Of a stretch of DNA of 45,763 nucleotides, positions 10,860-23,030 are shown in pieces. Positions within the stretch are counted from its first letter, which is position 1. Each line of letters opens with the position of its first letter. Origin of the DNA: Octopus bimaculoides (Eukaryota). Both the position numbers and the translations under genes were made by a program. Below the pieces are notes generated by a model. That model did no database searches. It saw only the letters and a list, made by a program, of their open reading frames with translations, and was not told where the DNA came from. The DNA lies in NCBI RefSeq assembly GCF_001194135.2, contig NC_068989.1:23505432-23551194 (forward strand). Reading direction: 5' to 3'.

Positions 10860-13100
10860 AGCTTTTATCTGGTTATTCTAATCCTCATGGCTAGCTCATT
10901 ATTGTTGATATTATTTGAATCTCTATAAATATTGCTTATACTATCTGTATTGGGAATAATTCCTAATTTTATAGGAAGTGTGTTTTAGGATTAGCAATTT
11001 TTGTGTAAACTATTTACCAGTAGTTTAGGGTTAATATTTGTTCTAAGAATATTAAAATATGAAGCATTTAGAAGATCAAATATTTTGAAATTCTATAGAA
11101 TAACAATATGCCTCTAGTCTAGGGAATATTTATGACACCGTCCGTCAAGTTATTCAGCATCATAAATTCTTTGTCTATTAAATCTGACTTCTCAGCTATG
11201 TGTTGTCCGAAAAAGGGACTGATCTCAATTTCAGAAGATTATAATAACGAATAAATCAAGTTTTTCCATATTTTCCAACTTTGGAAATGACATCATGGTA
11301 GCCCTCTCTCATGTTGCGTGGAGAAGCATGGAAAGATAAAGGCAGGACAAACATGATTGTCTTAATTATACACCAGCATTGTTAGCAGGAATGGCTAAAC
11401 CGTTAGATAAAACATTACACTACCGAACTTAAAACCTTTGTGAGTGGATGTAAATCAAGTTATTTACCTTAAATTAGAGCTAAACATACATTACTAGAAA
11501 AATTCACAATCATAATGCAAAATTAGACTGAAATATTATCATATTGCCTGACTGCAGTCTGTGCTACCTGACAGTTTATCATAGTAATGTTGTTACATTG
11601 AAGGTGTTGATTTTCTTTTATTTTTATCTGTATATTTAGTCCCAACCCTGGTTCTCCAAATGGGTTTTAATAAAGTAAATGTCATTGGGTATACGCTGGA
11701 ACTAAATATATATTTTGTATTTACTACCATATTTAACACATTCGTGTACATTCGTACGTGGGAAGATCTTTTACAGAAGAAATAGTCTGGGAGGAAATTC
11801 TCCTCATAGACAATACGTGTGAAATGGTATTATTGGGCTAATTACAGGACTATTATCAACGCAGGTATTTACACGAAAATCTCTTTCCAACAGTGGTTCT
11901 CCATCATTATTCATAAGTATCATAGCCATTTCTTCAACTGTTGGTAAATTGTATCGCCTTCTCTCTCAATTCCCATCTCTCTTAAATACTATATTTATGA
12001 GACGTAAATACCTATTTTCTATTAGAGCTTTCTCTTCTTCTTCACACTCATCTTCTCTTAATACACTTTTGCGTAGACATTATTTTCTCTTATGAAATTG
12101 TCAAGATTTTGAATAATTTCATTTCAACTGCCATGATTATATCTTATTTATTCTAGTGTAATTTTCTTCTCTGGAATCTACTGCATAAACTTGTGCAAAC
12201 TGTCGCTGCTCACCATCATTTGAGTGCATGTTAGATGTAAGATTTGACTTGGTATCTGAAACAATAAAGACCATGGCCACTTGGATCAGCGTTCAGTGTG
12301 ACTAAACAGAGAAATGAAAGATAAAATGAAACGATCTAATGTTTTCTTTGAAGTTTCGATAGTGTTCTTGTTTCGAGTTACTCAGAACCTCCTGCATATA
12401 CTCTGAAGAAATACAAATGATACTATAACAAAATTCTACCTTTTCTGAAAGTAGTTGTTAAATTTCCTATCAATGGAACCTTCTGGTAAAATGTTTAATG
12501 AACTGCAAAACTAGCTAACAATTTTTGTCTCTCCCAACTATACTGTTCGTATTCACTTTGTTGAAGCATATCATTATCTACTTTAGCATGTCCTCTAATT
12601 TCTCTGCGAGAAGCAAGCCTTTATCTCGCAATCTCCTTTCTGTTCCTCATCTTCTCTTTTCTCATTTGAGAAAGCCTGAATATAGAGGCTTATGCTCTTT
12701 TGTTCTCTCCTATGTTGCAGTTGTTCTGATAAATATTTCAGTGATATGCAGAACTGGCAGATATCATTCAAAGCACCACATTTACGAAGCTGTCTGTTTT
12801 CTATGTCCGTTTTCTTTTTCTCTTTCTTTTCTGGTGATAAGGGTTCTGTTTTTACCACTGAAAAATATCTTTTTTCCTATCCTTTTTTGTTTCTTCTTGC
12901 GATGAATTTCTTCTTCTGTGTTCAGTTCTAATATTTCTATTCTACTCTTTTGCAGCACAAAATCTTTACTCATATTTTCTTAAACAGTCGCTTCTTTTCG
13001 TCTCGCGTTCATATTCCCTTCCATGCAGCAAGTTCGTTTCTTGTGTTGGCCATCTGCAGTTTTGGTTATTAACGACTCATTCGAACTGTGTTCTCTTTTG
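10860..13100 (-). pseudogene. Helitron RepHel N-terminal and Rep-domain fossil
   Basis: My minus-strand translation across frameshifts gives, in canonical order: FCSSLN..E; YMQEVLSNSKQEHYRNFKENIRSF; PSGHGLYCFR; HSNDGEQRQFAQVYAVD (12176-12226); EIIQNLDNFIRENNVYAK; RRYNLPTVEEMAMILMNNDGEPLLERDFRV (~11870-11959); YPMTFTLL.PFGEPG; LPLSFHASPRNMREGYHDVISKVGKYG (~11270-11340); AYCYSIEFQ (11085-11111). Confidence 0.85.
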
Positions 13101-14263
13101 ATTTCTTTGTCTTACCCGTGCTAACAATCTGTGCTGCACGGGTATCTTCTTCCATCTTATAATTTCATGGAACAATTAGTTGAAAAGATTTGCATATACA
13201 TTAAACTGACGTCCGCTTCACTTAATATATATATATATATATATANNNNNNNNNNNNNNNNNNNNNNNNNNNNNNNNNNNNNNNNNNNNNNNNNNNNNNN
13301 NNNNNNNNNNNNNNNNNNNNNNNNNNNNNNNNNNNNNNNNNNNNNNNNNNNNNNNNNNNNNNNNNNNNNNNNNNNNNNNNNNNNNNNNNNNNNNNNNNNN
13401 NNNNNNNNNNNNNNNNNNNNNNNNNNNNNNNNNNNNNNNNNNNNNNNNNNNNNNNNNNNNNNNNNNNNNNNNNNNNNNNNNNNNNNNNNNNNNNNNNNNN
13501 NNNNNNNNNNNNNNNNNNNNNNNNNNNNNNNNNNNNNNNNNNNNNNNNNNNNNNNNNNNNNNNNNNNNNNNNNNNNNNNNNNNNNNNNNNNNNNNNNNNN
13601 NNNNNNNNNNNNNNNNNNNNNNNNNNNNNNNNNNNNNNNNNNNNNNNNNNNNNNNNNNNNNNNNNNNNNNNNNNNNNNNNNNNNNNNNNNNNNNNNNNNN
13701 NNNNNNNNNNNNNNNNNNNNNNNNNNNNNNNNNNNNNNNNNNNNNNNNNNNNNNNNNNNNNNNNNNNNNNNNNNNNNNNNNNNNNNNNNNNNNNNNNNNN
13801 NNNNNNNNNNNNNNNNNNNNNNNNNNNNNNNNNCTTCTTCTTCTTCTTCTTCTTCTTCTTCTTCTTCTTTTATGTATTTTCTTCACTCTGGTACATGTTC
13901 GAGATCGGATGTATTACCAAATATGATGAATATTATTTTCAGAATTTTCAATGGCAATACTGTGGAACATTGGTAACAGAAACATATGTTAGATGGGATA
14001 AAGTCTATTTGTATTAAAAAGTAATAATCGATGTTAGTCAATTGTTGTTGATCAATATTTCTTCACCTTCTGTTTACTTTAAATTTGATTCCAAATAAAC
14101 TCATGTTTATCTTTTTCATTGCCTGTAACCTATAAGCATAATATGATTGCATATGTATGCCCAGGATTAACATAGGTAATTATATCGGTAGTAAAATGGA
14201 TAAACGGATATTTCTATCCCTTAGACGGTTATTCCAATCTCTAACTCTACTAACCTTGTATAT

Positions 14264-14666
14264 ATATATATTGTCATATTTCAGGATGGTAATTTTTTCT
14301 TTATTTTTGCCAAATAAACACACTCTATATATATTCGATCTTCAATCATTGATTACTGTTCTATTTTAACTCATGTCCATTGTCCAGAAATCTTTCGTCA
14401 CACATCTGCGACCTCTTCAGTGACACTTTCCATCCTCGTGTATATTCCTGCTCTGCTTCATCGTTTCTTTTCTGGATTAAGCAGAGCAGGAACATACACA
14501 AGGACGGAAAGTGTCACTGAAGAGGTCGCAGATGTGTGACGAAAGATTTCCGGACAATAAACATGAGTTAAAATAAGAACAGTAATAAAGGAGTGAAGAA
14601 AGAATATGTAGTGCGTGTGTTTATTTGGCAAATAAGAAATAACCCTCCCGAAATATAACAATATAT
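14264..14666. repeat. ~400 bp foldback: two ~190 bp inverted arms around a 20 nt spacer (14459-14478)
   Basis: The inner ~75 bp of the arms are nearly exact reverse complements (..gaaatctttcgtcacacatctgcgacctcttcagtgacactttcc.. / ..ggaaagtgtcactgaagaggtcgcagatgtgtgacgaaagatttc..); outer parts are diverged. Confidence 0.92.
14511..14556 (+). ncRNA. Candidate minimal type I hammerhead ribozyme (Penelope-type); antisense-arm copy at 14381-14426 on the minus strand
   Basis: CTGAAGA (14517-23), one extra G, stem II GTCGCA/TGTGAC with loop GATG, GAAA, self-complementary AGATTT (G-U wobble), then C; stem I weak. Confidence 0.45.
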
Positions 14667-16335
14667 GTTTCAAGACACGGTTTCACATCANNNNNNNNNN
14701 NNNNNNNNNNNNNNNNNNNNNNNNNNNNNNNNNNNNNNNNNNNNNNNNNNNNNNNNNNNNNNNNNNNNNNNNNNNNNNNNNNNNNNNNNTGTATATATAG
14801 TCCAAGTACTGTAAGCATGATGTGCTTGAATAGAGGATTGTTTACAAATTACTAATGTTTAAGATATCTAATTATTAGTTAGTACTATAAATAAAAAGAT
14901 CGAAAGGTATAAAATGCATGCCAGTTCTACTTTATTGTTTTTCTTGTTCGGTATTATTGTTTCATTAAACAATTATTTGAAAACTAGCTAGATGTAATTA
15001 TGTCGTCTGCTCCTTTTGTCACATTGTACTTACAACCCTTAGTCTCTAATTCTCAAGCTATCCCTGTCGATTACAAAATCTGAATTCTCTCTCTGTCAGC
15101 GTTTACTGTCTTTTTCATTTGACATCCTCAGTTACTTAAACATTTTTATGATATAATTATTCGTTGATACTGAGAGACGAAAAACAAATTTAAAAAGAAT
15201 GAATAAAAAGTTTAATTAGAGAGTAGTACCATTATGTCAGAAACGTTTGATTTAAATTTGCTTATTTCCTTATTTGTTAAGCTAAATGATTCCTAATACC
15301 TTCCTAATTTCATTCAAGTTGTTCATTAAAATGTCTCGTTCTACGCCAAATTATTTTACAACACTCACCTCTTCCTGCAAGCGATATTTTAATTTTAATT
15401 CCCTGTCGCACTCTCTCCCCCTCTCCCTCTCCCCTTCTCTCCTACGTTTTCCCTCATGAGAGACCAACACAATCAAGGGACTCATACATATCGAGTATTA
15501 TAGGTTGAGTGGAAGCCCTCGGACAAAACAAAATACATTTCGTCGGACTCACAAAATTTGATGAGTCTCCATACACACGCGCGCGCGTGTGTATAAAATA
15601 AAAAGCGCAAATTTGCAATTATTGTTACTTTAAGATTTCTAATGCATTATATAAGATAACTTCGTTTCTTATTGGAATATATGGCTTTAGATGATAGACA
15701 CGAGTTTTTTCAAGTGAACCAAACAATAAAATCTCAAGAATTATTGTAAAAAATAGATATAAATAAATAGCATAAATAAATAAATAAATTAAAATAAATA
15801 AAAAATAAGTAACTGAAGTATTTTCAAATTCTAGATGTATGTATTTCTTATAATTCCTAACATGCTGGTGTACTGTTTACGAGAAATAATAAATTCCTAG
15901 TAGCTCGAGTTACGCACCCTCTGACAGTAATAGATGAGTTTTCTTTCCAAAATCTTATTCTGAGAAAGTTGACGTGAATAAGGAATGTGGCTTGTTGAAT
16001 GTCTGTGATACGGAGAAGTTGAAGTAAACACAATGGAAAAGTCTGTACTACGTATTACATATATACATATACATTGGTGAGATATGCAGAGCAAATACAG
16101 ATGAGAAAAACCGACAAAAGTCTAAGGGACATACATAGTTAACATTATTAGGTTGATGTTTAAGGAAGTAAAAGAGTAAAAGTATTAAAAGTGTAACGTT
16201 TCGGACATAGTCCTTCAGCGGATAACAGAGGTAATTCTGGGAGAGACAGAGAAGAAACGTATGAGATGAAAAGAAGTATCAAAGATAAGAACTAGGAAAA
16301 GAAACTGCACGTGGGTTGGCTTTACATGTCTGACT

Positions 16336-16410
<75 letters not shown>
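16336..16410. repeat. (TATC)n microsatellite
   Basis: Direct reading. Confidence 0.97.
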
Positions 16411-16563
16411 GTGTGTGTGTATGTGTGTGCATGTGCGTATGTGCGCGTGAATATGCGTGTATTGATTTTTCTCCATTTAAACGCCCAAATGTTTACATAA
16501 ATATACATATATATATATATAAGGATGACACGAGAATTCGTGAAGCGTTCCATATTTTTCTAT

Positions 16564-16620
16564 AAGGCGGTGCTCCAGCATAACCGCATTCAAATGACTG
16601 AAATATGTAAAAGAATAAAA
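16564..16620 (+). mobile_element. SINE family B extreme 3' end
   Basis: aaggcggtgctccagcat..caaatgactgaaa..gtaaaaga. Confidence 0.75.
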
Positions 16621-17035
16621 GTATATATGTATATAATTACACATTCACACACACACACTCACACACACACACACATATTTAAAAGCATTCGTGCGTTCAA
16701 CTGGAGAAAAATCAATATACATATAGACATAAATACACGCACACACACACATGCGCACACACACAAACACACACACACATACATACATACATACATGCAT
16801 ACATACATACGTACATACATACACACAGTTGGATACTTGCATACATATACACACATAAAGACATGCACACGCACACATACGTGGACATGTAGGGATTCCA
16901 CACAGACACACATACACATACACGTTTTCACACAAGCACACGCACATATGTGGACGTGTGGTTTCACAAAAGTATAAATATTTATTATACTTCAACCATA
17001 AACTAAAATTTGAAATGAATATCCTGAATCAGCTC

Positions 17036-17111
<76 letters not shown>

Positions 17112-17122
17112 TTTACTATTAC

Positions 17123-17163
<41 letters not shown>
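17036..17163. repeat. (TAT)n microsatellite
   Basis: Direct reading; explains the poly-Tyr ORF. Confidence 0.97.
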
Positions 17164-17165
<2 letters not shown>

Positions 17166-17570
17166 TCTTTATTTCTAAAATCTGAAATTAATCAAACATG
17201 ACATGAAAGATGACTTCACAAAAAATCATTATTTTTTCACTGATTGTCTAGACAATATTAAAAAAATATTGCAATAAAAAAATATATATCATTAAATTAA
17301 GTACGATGCTGGCTCTCTATCTACATTCCATTCTCTTTATTCTCTCTCTCTCGCTTTATGAACGTATGTATGACTGTATGTATAGACATATACATATATA
17401 AAAATATACATACATATCGATATCTATCTACATTTAAGTATGTATCTATATATGTACACACATAAATGCACATATACATAAATACATACATACATGTTCA
17501 TATATGTGTGTGTGTGTGTATGTATATACACATGAGTATGCATGTATATACGTATGTAGGTATTTCTGTA

Positions 17571-17632
<62 letters not shown>

Positions 17633-18276
17633 CCTATCTATCTATCTATCTATTTATACACACACACATATATGTATATATATATACATATATATGTATA
17701 CATATACATACATATATTCACACACATATATTTATAAATATATGTGTGTGGATATATATATATATATATANNNNNNNNNNNNNNNNNNNNNNNNNNNNNN
17801 NNNNNNNNNNNNNNNNNNNNNNNNNNNNNNNNNNNNNNNNNNNNNNNNNNNNNNNNNNNNNNNNNNNNNNNNNNNNNNNNNNNNNNNNNNNNNNNNNNNN
17901 NNNNNNNNNNNNNNNNNNNNNNNNNNNNNNNNNNNNNNNNNNNNNNNNNNNNNNNNNNNNNNNNNNNNNNNNNNNNNNNNNNNNNNNNNNNNNNNNNNNN
18001 NNNNNNNNNNNNNNNNNNNNNNNNNNNNNNNNNNNNNNNNNNNNNNNNNNNNNNNNNNNNNNNNNNNNNNNNNNNNNNNNNNNNNNNNNNNNNNNNNNNN
18101 NNNNNNNNNNNNNNNNNNNNNNNNNNNNNNNNNNNNNNNNNNNNNNNNNNNNNNNNNNNNNNNNNNNNNNTATCTATCTATCTATCTATTTATACACACA
18201 CACATATATGTATATATATATACATATATATATAATACATATATTCATACATACATACACACATGTGTATGTATAT

Positions 18277-19016
18277 ATGTTTGCCAGTCTGTTATTAGTC
18301 ACTCATACAGTGGATGACATGCAAATACTCATGAATTGATGAATTGCATTTCTGCTTCTTGCAAGGCATTTAGACAAAACTGTTGCAATGTTCCATCCTG
18401 CACCAGGAAATCCATATGTGAAACCAGCTATCTTGGTTGAAGGAATAATTCTGAAGGTAGTAGACAAGTTTGTCTACCTGGGTAGCACACTCAGCCGGCC
18501 TTGCTCCCTGGATGAGGAAATATCTTTTAGGTTGCAGAGAGCAACTAATTCCTTTCGGTCTCTTCAGTCTCGTGTCTGGTCCCAGCATGGCATCGCAAGG
18601 CAAACAAAAGTTGCTGTGTCTTGTGCTTGTGTACTGACATCGCTCCTCTACTCATGTGAGACATGTACTTTGTACAAACGTCAGGTAAGGGTCTTTGAAC
18701 GCTTTCATCAGAAAGGTCTTAGACACATTCTCAATGTTGGATGGACCTCAAAAATTCCAGACACACAGGTCCTGAGGGCAGCTGATATCTTGAGTATTGA
18801 GGCAATGGTGCACAAGCACCGGTTACGTTGGACTGGACACATTATTAGAATGAAGGATAGCAGGATTCCTAAGCAGATGCTATATGGAGAATTTGTGAAT
18901 GGAAGGAGACTCCGGCAGAAACCAAGGCTGCGATTTAAGGACTGTGTCAAGTCCTCATTAAAGGCCTGTGATATGCAGGACACTGACTGGGAGAACAATG
19001 CCCGTCATCGCCACAG
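18277..19016 (+). pseudogene. RTE-clade LINE ORF2 fragment (end of RT through thumb/C-terminal region), truncated by a gap
   Basis: VDKFVYLGSTLS, LDEEISFRL, TSLLYSCET, FERFHQKGLRHIL, RLRWTGHIIRMKDSRIPKQMLYGE, PRLRFKDCVK; the upstream FADD-equivalent motif is destroyed. Confidence 0.92.
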
Positions 19017-19641
19017 NNNNNNNNNNNNNNNNNNNNNNNNNNNNNNNNNNNNNNNNNNNNNNNNNNNNNNNNNNNNNNNNNNNNNNNNNNNNNNNNNNNN
19101 NNNNNNNNNNNNNNNNNNNNNNNNNNNNNNNNNNNNNNNNNNNNNNNNNNNNNNNNNNNNNNNNNNNNNNNNNNNNNNNNNNNNNNNNNNNNNNNNNNNN
19201 NNNNNNNNNNNNNNNNNNNNNNNNNNNNNNNNNNNNNNNNNNNNNNNNNNNNNNNNNNNNNNNNNNNNNNNNNNNNNNNNNNNNNNNNNNNNNNNNNNNN
19301 NNNNNNNNNNNNNNNNNNNNNNNNNNNNNNNNNNNNNNNNNNNNNNNNNNNNNNNNNNNNNNNNNNNNNNNNNNNNNNNNNNNNNNNNNNNNNNNNNNNN
19401 NNNNNNNNNNNNNNNNNNNNNNNNNNNNNNNNNNNNNNNNNNNNNNNNNNNNNNNNNNNNNNNNNNNNNNNNNNNNNNNNNNNNNNNNNNNNNNNNNNNN
19501 NNNNNNNNNNNNNNNNNNNNNNNNNNNNNNNNNNNNNNNNNNNNNNNNNNNNNNNNNNNNNNNNNNNNNNNNNNNNNNNNNNNNNNNNNNNNNNNNNNNN
19601 NNNNNNNNNNNNNNNNNNNNNNNNNNNNNNNNNNNNNNNNN

Positions 19642-19687
<46 letters not shown>

Positions 19688-20151
19688 TGTGAATAGAGAT
19701 GTGCGAATTTGCAAGCACTCCTCCACATACATATGCTATTATGCATACAAATGCGTAAATGTACAAACTCACACACGCACACACACACAGACGCACATAT
19801 ATAATAAGTTCCAAAATTCGAACAGAAATGTAACAAAGGAACAAACGGAAAATTCATACACAAGACGAGGTGTGGCTAATTCCTTATCAGCTATCGTCTA
19901 AAATACCCTTACAATTTCACGCCTTTAACGATAATATTGTTCACGTTTGGTGGCGTCAGCGGCGTATAAAGCTACACACATGCAGACACGTGTATACGAA
20001 TACATAGGTAACATGTATGCATATATACACATATAAAATACATACATACAGATTCATACATACTTACACACATATATGTATGTATATAGGTACATACATG
20101 CATGCACACATACATGCATGCATACATACATGCATACATACATGCATACAT

Positions 20152-20355
20152 TAAAAGTGCAAACATAACAGGCGAGATATTGTTGTTTGGGACAAGCAAG
20201 AGGAATTATGAACCGTCATAGTGATCAGCTGCCCTGCTGATGTGAATATCTCTCCGAAAATCAGAGAAAGAGGATAAGTGCAGGCAACTACTTCGAAACT
20301 ACCTGCTTTTATACTGAGATTATAAATTAACATTTATAGTAATGATAACATAGAC
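20152..20355 (+). mobile_element. R4/Dong-type (RLE) LINE fragment, endonuclease domain
   Basis: KCKHNRRDIVVWDKQEEL*TVIVISCPADVNISPK; homologous to 22610-22760. Confidence 0.75.
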
Positions 20356-20709
20356 CCCCCCTCCCAAAAAAAAAAGAATTTTCAATGTTGTCAAAATATT
20401 TCGATACCCATTTATTACCATCATGTCAAAATTTTAAGAGAAGTTCATTGTTTTTAATAAAGAGAAGTTCACTGTTTTTAATAAAACAGGTTATGAGGAA
20501 CAAGTAACAAGACATAACATACAAATATACAGAGAAATTGGTTTTTCTTCAAAGCCAGAATGTTCTCTTAAAATTCTACTGAAAAACTTGTAAAGTCTTA
20601 AAATCTCTACATAATTATGTAATTTGTCTGAATAAATTTTAGGATTATGTCTAATTTCCTGTGAATTTGCGTTTGGATGATTTTCTTGAGTGCTGCACCC
20701 CAGTAAAAT

Positions 20710-21390
20710 CACGAGCCAAGTTTCAGCAATAATTGGTCATCATAATGAAGTCCCATCTGTCTTGATACTATTGTTCCATCATTTTATGTCCTGATGGAAA
20801 CGTTTTCCTTACTCGTGACTTGTGTCACCAAGATTTTCATTGAATTTATCAAAGTGACTATGCAGCTTTATGCTTATATTTACTCCAACCTTTCAAAATT
20901 CTCCAGCATGTTGTTGATTAGTTCGGCTTAGTCGGCTGCTTTCTTGTTACCACAAAAGTCATTTGCAGTTATTACAAATGAATTCCTTGCTGCTGCTTCA
21001 ATGAATACATTGAATTTACAAAGTTGCCATCTTTAACAAATTTTCTGATTTGAGGTCCATCAAATAAATATTCCATCTTCAAAAATTTCACTGCTGAGAC
21101 GGGGAACTCTGCTGCAGATACAGTAAAAGCATCTTTATCCAGAGCTTTAAAAAACTGCTTAATGCCAAGTTTGATATGGAGTGGAAGTAGGGTGATTTTT
21201 TTTCGGTCGAACTAAAATCTCTTTGACCACATTAAAAGACCCCGGAACTAATGTTTGCTATGGACATTCTATGATCATTAAATGTTTTTCCCTGGCTATG
21301 CTGTCCGATGTGCATAAAGGCCTGGATATTTGGTGCATCCAATTTGTTGCCCCAGGAGAAATCGAACATCTAGATACGGTGGTAAGAAAT
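20710..21390 (-). pseudogene. DNA transposase fossil, probably Chapaev3/CMC type
   Basis: Minus strand: LLGQQIGCTKYP; TLVPGSFNVVKEILV; LLPLHIKLG.KQFFKALDKD; FDGPQIRK; SHFDKFNENLGDTSHE*GKRFHQDIK; W.FIMMTNYC. The motif order is clear; the superfamily name is from memory of these motifs. Confidence 0.78.
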
Positions 21391-21429
21391 AGATTCCATT
21401 TTTGGATTTAGCATATCAAAAAACCTTCA

Positions 21430-21714
21430 AATCAAGTATAGTGTCCTGACAACAAAAATCCTGTTGGGTTGTGTAATTGGCGTACTTGATTTTATCAGTA
21501 AATGTCTAAGTGACACATTCGATAAACTGGAGCTTTCAGAACCAGTTAACTTGTTCATTACAGCTACAATTTCTAAGCGAAACAGTAAAAGTATCCAAAG
21601 TTCAAGATATGAATTTGTTTTGTTATATATTCAAACGAACTTTGTATCTTTGTTAGAAACCAGCTCCTTTCTTACACGTTTTCAAATAAATAATAAAAAT
21701 AGAAAAGGACATGA
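21430..21714 (+). mobile_element. RLE LINE 3' end plus 3' UTR, followed by (TACA)n
   Basis: VIGVLDFISKCLSDTFDKLELSEP resembles 22800-22880; terminal tatctttgttagaaaccagctcc..acacgttttcaaataa is shared with 29847-29904. Confidence 0.65.
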
Positions 21715-21745
<31 letters not shown>

Positions 21746-21750
21746 GTATG

Positions 21751-22258
21751 CAAGATATACAAGAACAGCCTCAGTGGTTATCAACTGCGAGCACTCTCCT
21801 CATCCCCCAAAATAGCTAATTCACACTTGCTAAAATTACCGCCCAATAGCCTGCCAGAATATCATGCACAAAGTAAACACTAGGTATCTAAATCTGTTCT
21901 TGTAGGATCACCGTGCTACCAACAACATTATAACACCTGAGCAAGTTGGTGAGAAAAGGAAGTCTGGGACTGTATACAACAGCTACTTGTTAACAAAATG
22001 ATCCCAGAAAAAGCAGAAAAAATCGCAGGAACCTAAGTGTAGTGTAGCTGGACTACCAAAAGGCTTTCGATAAAACCTTGATAATCCACCTTATCGGTGG
22101 ATTATCAAGGTTTTCCAGTTAGCCAGAGTTCCACAATCACTAGTGGATGCTGTTAAACACCTTACAAATATTTGGTACACCACTTTGCTTTTTAGGAGTG
22201 ATGAAGAGCTGACTGAATCGGGTAGCATTCACTGCCATGAGGGTATCTTTCATGGACA
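21751..22258 (+). pseudogene. RLE LINE reverse transcriptase fragment
   Basis: NYRPIACQNIMHKV, NNIITPEQ, IQQLLVNKMI, LDYQKAFD..PYRWIIKVFQLARVP, EGIFHG. Confidence 0.85.
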
Positions 22259-22430
22259 GTAAAAATCTGTAAGACCGTCTTAAGATTTAAAGGTTGATGG
22301 TTAAAAGAAGGTACATTCCTTACAAACCTCGTTATCAAAAAGGTGGCCGGTGAAAATTTAATCTAAAATTAAAAAGAGAAAGAGAACATACATACATCAT
22401 TCACGCATACATACATACATACATACATAC

Positions 22431-23030
22431 TGACAACCAATGCAGACTTTGTGGAGTTAACACCGAAGATATCACTCACATCATAAACAGTTGTCCGAAA
22501 ATATAGGAAGGATAACATCAAGGACAAAGAGATAAGAACCCACAGTATGATAGAAGCCATAGCCACTCATAAAAAAAATGAGTACTGGTGGAATGTCCCA
22601 GCGAAGACCTCAATAAAATGTAAGCACAATAGACCTTATATAATGGCTTGGGATAGAAAAGAAGAGAAAATGTGTACAGTTGTGAAAATTAGCTGCCTAG
22701 CGGATGTTAACAAAGCTGAAGATCAGTGAAAAAGAGAATACCTACGCTGAACTATTGAGAAATCTGTAGTTACTCTATCCAGATTACAAGTTCAGGTTTA
22801 TACCTGTAATTATTGAGGCCCTGGTATATGTAACACACTGCCTAAATACCAATCTTGAGGAATTAAGTTTCTCAAAACCAGAGAGGAGAAAGCTAATTCG
22901 AAGACTACAGATCCAATCCATCACTGGAACTGTAAAAATCATCTGTAAAACTTTCCAGAAGTTTAGCATTTAAATATATATGAGCATGTCTAGATATGCA
23001 ACTATATGTATGAGAATACATACATAAAGC
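22431..23030 (+). pseudogene. RLE LINE C-terminus: CCHC knuckle plus PD-(D/E)xK endonuclease and 3' UTR
   Basis: CRLCGVNTEDITHIINSCPK; EYWWNVP; KCKHNRP.IMAWD; ISCLADVN; LLYPDYKFRFIPVII; SITGTVK; begins directly after (CATA)n. Confidence 0.88.

Noticed and set aside
11290-11320. QHERGLP*CH read as the Helitron Rep motif 2
   Set aside because: An alternative frame gives the better, positionally correct SPRNMREG block; the real motif 2 remnant is IEFQ at ~11085
17632-18230. Near-identical sequence on both sides of the 17771-18170 gap
   Set aside because: Low-complexity, and most simply a contig-end overlap or haplotype artefact
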